From: Mantamonas sphyraenae STR306
Lineage: Eukaryota > Protista > CRuMs
Length of the DNA: 64,000 nt
Assembly: GCA_026936335.1 (NCBI GenBank)
Contig: JAPMXV010000012.1
Span: forward strand, 62,001-126,000
Direction of reading: 5' to 3'
The position numbers and the translations under genes were made by a program. Positions 29,585-39,960 of this stretch are shown one piece after another. The notes below the pieces were generated by a model. That model saw nothing but the letters and a program-made list of their open reading frames with translations, was not told the DNA's origin and searched no databases. The number at the start of each line of letters is the position of its first letter. Position 1 is the stretch's first letter.

Positions 29585-32145
29585 ATGTCTTCAAATCAAT
29601 CGAAAGGAGGCATGCAAGTCACAATCATGTCGCAAAACCCGTGCATCGCGGTAAAAGACGATCCAGAGCCGTTTGCGGCGTTGGTGCAGGTCTTGGTGAG
29701 TGTGCACACGGGGGGGGGGGTTGTGTCGTTTGCGAAAAGAAAACCCAAACACACATTTTCAACGGCAACGCAAACACAGACACACCCTGCCGACACACAC
29801 TGACACGGCGACACACAATCACACACGTGCACAAACATCAGACATTTGGAGACATGGAGGCAAGGGACAGGGCGCCAGTGGACCTTGTGCTGGTGGTGGA
29901 CACGAGCAAGAGCATGAGCGGGAGCGCCATGACGCGAACGCAGCAACTGCTCTCCAAAATCACCACCGCCCTGGACGAGCGCGACCGCATGGCGCTGCTG
30001 TCGTTCTCGGACCGTGTGGTGAAGCAGATGGAGTTGACGCACATGGACACGCGAGGCAAGCAGCGCATGCAGAGCAAGATCAACCACTTGGTGGCACGTG
30101 GAGGCACCAACTTCTCCGAGGCCCTGCGTGACGCGCTGCAAATGGTCAAAGCAGCTCAGGTGGCTGGTGAGGGGCCGGCGTACAAGAGTGTGATGGTATG
30201 CACAGACGGACGCACGGGAGTCAACATCCAATCGACGGCGGGTGTGTTGGCACTGAGCGAGGTGCCAGAGGCACACGACTTGCTTGTGCCGGGCGACGGA
30301 AAGCGCTTTTCGCATGAGGATTGGCTGCTGAACAACGATAGTGTGGTGGCACACAACATGAGTGTGGCCACCGTGTCCACACAGATCCTGCAGACTCTTG
30401 CGCAGGTGGATTTGGATGACATTACCGGTGTGCGTCACAAGTACCTCAGCCAGAAGAACAAGAAACAGCCGTTGGAGGTGTCCTTTGCCAAACACCATCA
30501 CGATGGTGACGGTGATGATGATGATGATGATGGCAACGGTGGTGGCAAGCCTCGATCGCATGGCAGCAGCAGCAGCAGTGGCAGCAGCAGTGGCAGCAGC
30601 AGTGGCAACAAGCGTAGCAAGGGAGGGGACGTCGGTGGTGGTGAGACCACAACGTCGTCCAGCGCAGCAGAATCTGACGAACCACAGTTTGCAGTGTATG
30701 TCAAGATGGAGAGTGGACGTGTGGTGAGCTGCACGGTGGGCAAGAGCAGCCGTGTGGCCGATCTGAAGCAGGCGGTGTCCGGGCAGACTGGGGTTGTGCC
30801 CAGCAAGCAGAAACTGGTGAGGGATGGCAAGGAGCTGAAGCAGGAGCAGATGACAATGGAGCAGGTGGGGATGGCCAAGGAGGACATTGTGCACTTGGAG
30901 GTGCTGAGTAGCTCTGCGGTGTGTCCCGTGCAGTGCTTTGGGATGGGTGTGGAGTTCAACGAGCACATGCTGCGTGCGCTGGCCGACCACACGGGAGGCA
31001 TGTACTTCTACGTGGAGGACAGTGGAAGCAACATGGAGAGTGTGTTTGCAGAGTGTCTCGGCGGTCTCATGTCCACCGTGGCCACCCGTGTCACGCTGTC
31101 GCTGGAAACACACAACGGCGCCATGATCACGGATGTGAAGGACAATCAGTACCAGCTGAGGAACAGAGATCTGGCAAGCATCACGTTGCCCTTGGGCGAC
31201 GTGCAATCCGGAGAGGAACGCAACGTGTTGCTGGATCTGAAGATTCCCATGCAACCGCAACCCTCCCACCAAGCCTACCTCTCCGCCACTGTGGCCTTTA
31301 CCGATGCCAACGGCGAGCGTGTGGTCAACGACCCCGTGGAGTTGTACGTGGCCGCGGTGGACCCTACAGAGGAGAATCTCGTTGGCCGTGCGCTGGATGA
31401 ACAGCTCGAGGGTGGCAGTGGCACCATGTCGACGTTGACCCCAGCCCAAGTGGCCATCAAGAAGGAAGCCATGCGTTTGCGAGTGGCACAAATCATGGAG
31501 GAGAGCCTGCAGCTGACCCAGGCTGGTGACCGTGTGGGTGCACAGGCCATGTTGGACGAGTTGATGGCCGAGCTGCGCGACAGTGAGTTGTCCTCCGTCG
31601 ATTTCACCGGTGAGGATGTGACCGAGGAGGAACCCGAGTGGTCGGATGGGACGGGTGACGTGGACGAGGGTGGTCTTGGCGAAACGGTGCACATTGTCAG
31701 TGGGATGGAGGACGACGACGACGTCGCCATTGCCATCCGTGACAAGCTGCAGCAACTTGTGGTCAATTCATCTCCCAAGATTGCCGATGGCGACCAGTGG
31801 GATCAGCTGGAAGCACTTGTGGACGAGGACGAGGACGATATCGATGTCGATGAATCGGCCGTCAAGGCACGTCCCAAGACTCTGGAGAGCAAGGACGCAA
31901 GCAAGAGCAGGTTGAGCAAGAGCAAGAGCAAGGGCAAGTGGAAGCCTGCTGCAGCACCTGCTGCACCGAGTGTCGCCAACATGATGAGTGACTGGGCAGC
32001 CCAGATCCAGCAGACGCAGGAATCGATGCAAGGCGAGGACGCAGGCAAGCGCATGGCCCAGGTTGAGATGCAGTGGCGTCGCAACCGTGGTATGCAACGC
32101 AACAAGCAGCAACAGAGCCTGGTCGACCGCTGGCAGCAATCGTAG
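29585..32145 (+). CDS. vWA-domain protein with internal ubiquitin-like domain (paralog 2); intron 29696-29841
   Basis: MIDAS motifs DTSKS, GGTN, CTDG. Ubl FAVYVKMESGR...VADLKQAV...PSKQKLVRDGKELK...IVHLEV at ~30688-30909. vWA resumes at VQCFGMG...HTGGMYFYV. Confidence 0.85.
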
Positions 32146-32312
32146 AGTGTGTCAACGCTGCACACGAATGAACACAAACACACACTGCAATGAACGTCCT
32201 TCCCGCACATTCTTTGAACTTCCAGGAAGAATTTTTGCGGGCGCGGATTTTTCTCAAGAATGCACCCCCGGCACACGTAAATGCGAGCGCAGAGCATGCG
32301 CAGGGGCAACCA

Positions 32313-33902
32313 ATGACAACTACAATTCAACAAACAAAGCTTTCAGAAGGAACTTGGAGGGATGAGAACAGGGAGAATTGGAGCATTGCCGATGCTGAGC
32401 ACGGCAGTGAGGTCGACGGGATCTTGAGTGATTCGGTCGGATCCGCTGCTGAGCAACACGCTGGGCATGCAACCTCGCCGGCCGATGCGCGCACCGATGC
32501 ATCGGCGACCAATGGCAACGCCACAGACGGCGGCAGCAAAGCTGATGTCGTGGCTGGTGCACAAGGTCGCCATGCAGAGTCGCATTGGGATGGTGAGCAG
32601 GCTGGCCGTGGGGACAATGACGATCTCGGGATCGATCCCAACAGCCAGAAGAAGGAGAAGAAAGAGGGGCGAGAAGAGGAGGACGTGGATGGTATGACGT
32701 ATGACGATGTGGTGGATTACGATTCGTTTGATGACATGGGACTGAGCAACGACATGCTGCGCGGAGTGTTCGGCCACGGATTTGAATCGCCATCGGCGGT
32801 GCAAAAGCGTGCCATTGTGCCTCTGATCAAGGGCAGGGACGTGTTGGCACAGGCTCAGAGTGGCACAGGCAAGACCGGTGCCTTCACCGTGGGTCTGCTG
32901 AGTCGTGTGGTGGCGATGAAGGAAGCGCAATCGGCGGGAGGTCGTCGCAGCCGCAGCAGCTCTGCAGGATACCCATTGGCACTTGTGTTGTCACCCGTGC
33001 GTGAGCTGGCTGAACAGTCGCAGGAGGTGTGTGTGTCGATGTGTTCGCATTTTCGCAACACCAAGGTGACCAATCTGCTGTGTGTGGGCGGTCTGTCGGT
33101 GCGCGACAACATTGCTGCCCTGCGCAACGGCGTCGATGTGGTCCACGGCACACCCGGACGTGTGTTGCATCTCATCAAGAACGGCGAGCTGGTCACCGAT
33201 CACGTGGACCTGCTCATCCTCGACGAGTGCGACGTCCTCCTCGAATACGGCTTCACCGAGCAGATCAGGGACATTGTCACCAGTCTGCCCGAATCCGTGC
33301 AAGTGGGCATGTTTTCTGCAACCATGCCCACCGAGGCTGTGGACATGGCTGAGAAGTTGCTGCGCAACCCGCTGCGCATCCTCATCCAGAAGGAAGAGGT
33401 GGCCCTGGGTGGCATCCGACAGTTCTACGTGGCCCTGGAACGTGACGAGTGGAAGGCAGACACCCTTGTGGATCTGTATGCTTCGCTGTCAGTCAGTCAA
33501 TCCATCCTCTTTGTCGGCTCCCGGCGCAGGGCCTACATGCTGTACGACACCCTGACGGAACAGGACTTTGCTTGCTCCGTGATCACGGGTGAAATGGAGC
33601 AACATGAGAGGATGGAAACCATGAAGGCGTTCCGATCAGGCAGCACGCGAGTGCTGATTGCCACCGACATTGCCGCACGTGGCATCGACGCACACCACGT
33701 CAACCTCGTCATCAACTTTGACCTTGGCCGCGACGTCGCAAACTACATCCACAAGATCGGACGTGCAGGACGCTTCGGACGCAAGGGCATTGCCATCAAC
33801 CTCGTGACACCCGACGACGTGCGCAAGATGCGCGAAATCGAGACCTTCTACGACATTCGCATCAACGAGCTGCCCGCAAACGCAAGTGTGTACCTGCAGT
33901 GA
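32313..33902 (+). CDS. eIF4A-like DEAD-box RNA helicase with acidic N-terminal extension; start uncertain (32190, 32313 or 32694)
   Basis: GFESPSAVQ, AQSGTGKT, PVRELA, TPGRV, DECD, SAT, ARGID, HKIGRAGRFGRKG; eIF4A-type GIRQFYV...EWKADTL.DLY. Confidence 0.88.
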   Translation: MTTTIQQTKLSEGTWRDENRENWSIADAEHGSEVDGILSDSVGSAAEQHAGHATSPADARTDASATNGNATDGGSKADVVAGAQGRHAESHWDGEQAGRGDNDDLGIDPNSQKKEKKEGREEEDVDGMTYDDVVDYDSFDDMGLSNDMLRGVFGHGFESPSAVQKRAIVPLIKGRDVLAQAQSGTGKTGAFTVGLLSRVVAMKEAQSAGGRRSRSSSAGYPLALVLSPVRELAEQSQEVCVSMCSHFRNTKVTNLLCVGGLSVRDNIAALRNGVDVVHGTPGRVLHLIKNGELVTDHVDLLILDECDVLLEYGFTEQIRDIVTSLPESVQVGMFSATMPTEAVDMAEKLLRNPLRILIQKEEVALGGIRQFYVALERDEWKADTLVDLYASLSVSQSILFVGSRRRAYMLYDTLTEQDFACSVITGEMEQHERMETMKAFRSGSTRVLIATDIAARGIDAHHVNLVINFDLGRDVANYIHKIGRAGRFGRKGIAINLVTPDDVRKMREIETFYDIRINELPANASVYLQ

Positions 33903-34170
33903 TGGGTGTGCGCGCTTGATGTGCAATGGGTGGCTTGACAGTCGCTGTGTACGGCCAAGAACGATCAGGGAGTCTGTCCGGTGAGGCGTGCTTCGCCATT
34001 CCTCTCACCAGGTGCAGCAGACCCCTTGATGCGTCCCTTCTTTTTGTGTGTCCATCCCCATGTCCTGCTGTAACCCACAGCACGCGAGAGTGAGCGAGTG
34101 GGAACAATTTGATCAGATCACGGGAAAATGGATTCATTTGAGGTTGGCCTCGATCTGTGCTTGCCCCCTC

Positions 34171-37100
34171 CTACCCACCTTCCTTGAACGTGTACTCAAT
34201 GCGTTGGATAAAGGAGATGATACGCCCAGCCAATTCCAGCAAATGGGACTCGTCTGCGTCTGGCACAGCGTCGTTCTGCAGCTGCTTGCCCAGCACAACG
34301 AGCGGCTCCATGCCCTTGCTGCTGGCATAGGGACATCCCTTGATGTTGTGGCCCAGCTTGCTGACCTTTTTCATCTTGCCCTTGTCCAGCAGCTTCTGAA
34401 CCCCTTCCAGATCCGCCACGTATTGTGTCAGCACCGCACGAGCCCCAAATTGCTCGTGCGAGGCGTACGCAGGGAATTCCACCACCACAGGCGACGTGTC
34501 ATTGTACCCGCCTTCCTCATTTGTGGCAATGTCCTCCTCCATGCCTTCCTCATCCTGGCTGACCTCCACCACGGTGGCCAACACGGATCCGGAGCTGCTG
34601 CTTCCGTCCTCAGAGCCAAGCGTGCGTGGTGACTTGTGCAGTGCCGTCAGGTCGATGCTGCCTGCTCCTATGTCGTCCATGCTCACCGATTCTTGCATCG
34701 CCGTGCTGCCTGTGGACTCTGAGCGCGATCGCAACAGTTCCGGCGACGATGACTCGGTCACTGGCATCGACGTCGACGTCTTGCGTTGCGATCGCGGCGT
34801 CGATGGGTTGGATGAAGTCAGGCCACGAGCTGCGCTGGTAAATGTCACTCCTCCGCTGCGTGCCCGCTTGCGTTGCACCTGCCGAGGAGTGTGTCGGACC
34901 TTGCCCTTGATCTGTTTGCTCGATCGAGGGAGGATTGGCACCGGTTCGATGCTGCTGTGGGTGACCACATCCGACGACGACAACGTTGCCGACGATGTCA
35001 ATGTCCCCGACCCTGCGTTGCTGTCGCCTCCTGTCAGGACTCCCGCCCTGAGGCCGCCCAAAGGCAGCTCTGGAACGGGACGGTACACCGCGGGACCGCC
35101 AGCTCTGGCACTGCCTTCTTCTGCGTCCTCTCGCTCCGTCACATCCACAGCCACACCATTCACACCCACTTCCAACACCATGGTCACCTGCTGCTGTGCC
35201 ACAGATGCAATAAACTCTTCCATGCGACGGATGTCAAACGGCTTCTCGATGAAGAAATCGCAGCCTGCATCGCGACACTTGCGCACGGCACGATCGGTGA
35301 CATCACCTGTCACGGCGGCAATGACCGTACGTGGCACGCCGGCATGCCTCTTCCAACGCAGATGGGAAGGGAGCTGCTGCTGCGATTCCTGGGCTTCCTG
35401 GGCTTCCTTGGCCTCCTTGGCCTCACGTGCACGCACGTGTGCAAACTCCAACTCCTGCGTGCGGATGCACATGGCCGCCTCGTCGCCATCCATGCCATCC
35501 ATGCGCATGTCCAAGAACAGCAGGTCATACGGGTGGTCCTGTTCCAACGCCGTGCGGCACATGTCGATTGCCTCCATGCCCGAGGTGGCCATGTCAAACT
35601 GATGTGGAAGCTTCTTCAGGATGATGCTCATGGTGAATCTGTTTTCCGGGGCGTCGTCCACCACCAGGATGCGCAACAACCGTCCGCCATCCCCATCGCC
35701 TTCATCATCGTCGTCGTCGCCACTGTTGCCTTGCACACCGCCTCCACGACGTGTGCCGTTTGCGTTTGAGCCACGTGTGCCGTCTGTGCGGCCTATTGCT
35801 CCACGCGCGTGGTCGCTGTCGTTGTCGTCGCCTCCCAGCCACACTCGTGTGTCGTACAGGGTGCCCAGGATGCGTGAGGTGTTGCTGGGAACGGGGAGCA
35901 CGTAATCCACGTACGGTGAGAGCATCCACACGTGCAGCATCTCGTCCAGACGACGGCAGCGCTGAGGCAACACAAGTGCCACTTGCGTCTTCTCGCACAC
36001 ACGCACCTGTTGACACACCGCACTCACAAGGTCCGCCAGCAGCAGTAGCTTTGTGTCTGTCTCGGACGACGACGTGCTCGACAGCGAGTCGCCTGCTGCA
36101 CTGCTGCTACTCGCGCTATTCCGCAAGCCGGAGCGCACCTCTGCCACTGCCCCTGCTCCTGCCCCGCTCCCTCCACTGGATCCTCCGCTGCGACCCTCGC
36201 CACCGCTGCCACTGCCGCTGGTGTTGCCGCCGCCGGGCGATCCTTTGTGACGCTCCATCTGCAGGCTGGAGGCCTTGGGGCTGCTCGTAGCGTCGGTCCC
36301 GGAATCCGAGGCTTTGGCAGCAGTGGCAGCAACAATGTTGGCCGTGTTGGTGACGGCTTGTGGGATGCGTTCAGAGCCACGGCGCGTACTGGACGAACTC
36401 GTCTGCGGCGAGACGGTGAGATCGTTCAGAAGCGACATCAGCACAGAGGAATCCACAGCTGCTTCTACGTCCACATACACCAGGTCAACCTGTTCTTTGT
36501 CCTCTTGGTGCTGTGGTCGATCCTGAGCCTGTTGAACACCACCACCCTGGGCATGCAGTTGTGCCAGGGACTCTGTTGTCAATTCTCCCGCTTGCCACAC
36601 CATCGTGGCACCCACCTGGCCCATGGTACGCTGCAGGGTATCCACCACCTGTGTGTTGTTGCTCAACACTGCACAGCGTGCGTTCTTCAACATGGAGCTC
36701 ATTTGCGACTTGCCGTGGTCGACACCTGCGCCGTTTTGCTGCTGCTGCTGCTCCCCTCCTTGTTGCTCCGTCTTCCCCTCCTCCTGTCCACCCGGCATCT
36801 CCACCGTCTCGGTCGACCATTGGCTGCTGCGACGTCCACTGGAAAACGACGTCTCTGCCAGCCGCTGTCGAAACTGGGACAGTGCTTCATCATTGTTGCT
36901 GACCCCGTCTTCACTCGATGCGATACCAGAAACAGCAGCACCAGAACCCCCGCCGCTGTTGCCACCTTTCACTGCTGCTGCTGCTGCTGCTGCTGCTGCG
37001 CCTTCAGCACTTTGCCCTCCAATCTCGTGGATGTGCGAGGGCTGAGATTCAGCCTCTTGCTGTGGCACTTCCTCGGCGGCACCGCCACACGACGTGGAGA

Positions 37101-39799
37101 CTGGGATGCGCAGAGAGAATGTCGTACCCACGCCCACCTCGCTGGCCACCGTCAGGTCACCGGACAACAGAGTAGCCAGACTCTTGCTGATGCTCAGCCC
37201 CAACCCGGTGCCTCCAAACAGCCGACTGACACTTGCGTCCTGCTGAGTGTACGACTTGAAAATGAGGTCCAGCTTGTTGGCTGGGATGCCTCGGCCCGAA
37301 TCGGCCACGTCTATGTGCAACAACAGGCCACCCGAGTGACACACATCGAACCCTTCGGTACCGGGTTCCCCCTCCATCTCCTCTGTCTCTGTCCCACTGC
37401 TTCCACTGCTTCCACTGCTTCCACTGCTGCTGTTCCTCCTGTACGAGTCTGCTCCAGCATGTGCCTCTTCTGCCGCTGCTGCTGCGCCGCGCAAGGAATC
37501 CTCCTCCGCCAGCGGCTGCAAACGCACGGTGACGCGCACAAAGCCGTCAAAGGTGAACTTGGATGCGTTGGAGGTGAGGTTGGAGACGATTTGGACGAGT
37601 CGAAAGAGATCGGTGTGCAGAACAAGGTCGGAAAATAGGATGGAGGCGTCGTACTCGCAGTAGATGGCCACCTGTGGGTTGGCATAGGCAAACATGGACA
37701 CAGTGTTTTCCATGGCCAGCACCAACTCCTGGGCATGCACGGGCACAATGTCCATCTCCAGACGATTCTCCTCCATTTTGGACATGTCCAGAACGTCGTT
37801 GAGGATGCGCAGCACCGTTTTCGACGAGTACAACGCCGTGTCCACACACGACTGCAACTCCTCGCTCAGGTCCATCCCGTCCATGTGCTGCAGCATGGCA
37901 ATCAGACACGACAACGGCGACCGCATTTCGTGTGACATCGTCGCCATGAACGCCGCACGCGACCGTTCTGCGTTTTCGGCCTGCTCAGCAAGCACAGAGA
38001 TGGAACGAAAAAAAAAAGGAGGTGAGCGGTCGAAAAACGAAGAAACGCAGGAACGGCTTCGTGTGCACGACGGCAACCATGACACACACACACACACACA
38101 CACACAGTGACACATGGTTCCATGGGCGTGTGGAGGGTGTTGTTGTGGGAAGGCGGCAAACGTACCGTGGCCAGGGCCTGGCTGGCTGCCTTGAGCGCTC
38201 GATAGGTCGTCGAAACATCCAACTCCGAGACGAGCAGATACTTGCGTCCGGAGCCCAGAAAGAGTATTACCACGTGAACATGGACAAAGGTGGAGGCCGA
38301 GGTGGAATCGCCTCCATCTTCGGCGCTGCGTCCCTGTGTATATGTGCTGTTGTTACGTGAAAGGGCGCGTGTGGAGCGCGGCGTGGTCAGGCGACTCGAC
38401 GCGTTGGAGCCGTCCGTGTCCACCAGGTCTTCCACCATGTCCATGATCTCTTCAGGTGTCTTGCCCTGAGTCCAATCCGCCCCAGAGAGGCTCAGCGATT
38501 CCACCACGTCGGCCACCGTGGTCACCGCGACGCCTTCCTGACTCAACAACGCAGACGTGGAAGAAGAGGAGGCAGAGGAATCCTTCTGCGCTGCTTCCGC
38601 TCCCGAGGTGCCCGCCTGCTGCGCAGCCTTTTCCTTATCCAGGCTCAGCTCCTCATGGCTGAGCTCTTCTCGTATCATGGAGTCCGATGATCCTGTTTCG
38701 GTGCTGGCACGGTGAGGTGACTTGTCGCTGGCCAGGCCGGCTTTGGCCAGTTCCGAATTGAGCTCCTCGTTTGTGAACCACCTGCGTGTGGGAATCACGT
38801 ATGGCAACTCCACAGTGGCCTCAAAGATGACCGCACCATGCTCACCCCGGGAAGCCTTGCGTGCCAGAGTCAGCACTCGTTCAGCCTCAGCTGCGGAGGG
38901 AAAGTGCCGCGTGAAACTCAAATCGCCTGGAAGCACAATTCGAAGTTAGTGCGTGAGCCACCCCGCAGACACACACAGCGGGCCGCCATCGGCGCAAATT
39001 CCACACCCAATCCACATGCACCCACACACATGCACAGTATACGTGCGTACGCGTCGTTGAAGCCCCGCCTTGTGGCGTGCGATGGAAAATTGGCAACAAA
39101 ACGCAGAAAGAACAAATCCAAGCTTCGGCGAGGAAAAAAGGCACCGGTGCCTCCCTCCAACCCCTGTTCACTCGTCTTACCGTAGCCACCGGCCTTCATC
39201 ATGGAAACGGCCGCCAGGTTCTGCATCACACACTCGGGTTCGTTGTCTCCCTTGATGGCGTAGTACGTAATCGCCTGCGGGGAGCGCTTGATGGCCTCAA
39301 AGCCAAAGTCTGAAAGCGGATGCGGCGCCTCGTCGGCGTCGGCTGCTTGCGGATCAGGCGAGTCCGCACCCTGCGGCGAGTTGCTACTGCTGTGGATGAT
39401 ACTGGTGCACACCAAATGCATGGGTGCGTCACTAAACTCCATCTTGCGAGCGTGCAGCTCGACGAGCCCCACACGCATGGTGGGGAAATTGAACGCAACA
39501 GGCTGGTCCGGATGAGCATCCAATTTGGCCTTGGTTTGCTGCAGGTGGTTGTGCAGTGCTCTGCCCGTGGGCATCTGGAAATAATCCATGCCATACTTGA
39601 CTTCAGGAGGCAGCTCCAGGATCTTCATGGCCGCGTCGTTGAAGAAGCTGCTCTGTAGAAGTTCTGGCTCAAACACAATGATGGCAACCGACACAGCGTC
39701 AAAGGCCATGCACGCTTGGGCAAATGTCATTTTGCCTTGTTCGTGTTCGTGTGCACTGCTTGTGCTCTCCTCTTTGTGTGCACTACCCGGTCCTGACAT
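34171..39799 (-). CDS. Hybrid sensor histidine kinase (PAS-like x2, HisKA, HATPase, degenerate REC, REC, HPt-like); exons 39799-39181, 38926-38166, 37980-34171
   Basis: H-box FMATMSHEMRSPL, N-box QIVSNLTSNASKFT, DSGRGI, GTGLGLSI, REC ILVVDD...FLDMRM...KPF, C-terminal LGHNIKG. Splice phases are consistent. Confidence 0.9.
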
Positions 39800-39960
39800 T
39801 GTCGGGGGGCTGTTACACACACACGCCTTTGGCTGCAACTGCGCAGAAAGTGTCCGCATCGTGTCGTTCTGAGCACATCATCGTTGCGTGGATAGCGCAT
39901 AGTGGACAGTGGGGTGTGGGGTGTGGGGTGTGGGTGTGGAGGGAATGGATTTTGTTCAAT

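Noticed and set aside
26421-29594. 1057-aa minus-strand ORF and similar long antisense ORFs (20271-22511, 29596-31755, 59842-62265, 61916-63946)
   Set aside because: They mirror well-supported plus-strand genes, are rich in H/V/L/R and have no motifs. They are shadow ORFs caused by GC-rich codon bias.
20194-32145. Hint/intein (Vint) self-splicing domain in the vWA proteins
   Set aside because: I saw no Hint motifs such as an N-terminal CF..G with TxxH or a terminal HN. The insert is ubiquitin-like and lacks the GG needed for conjugation.
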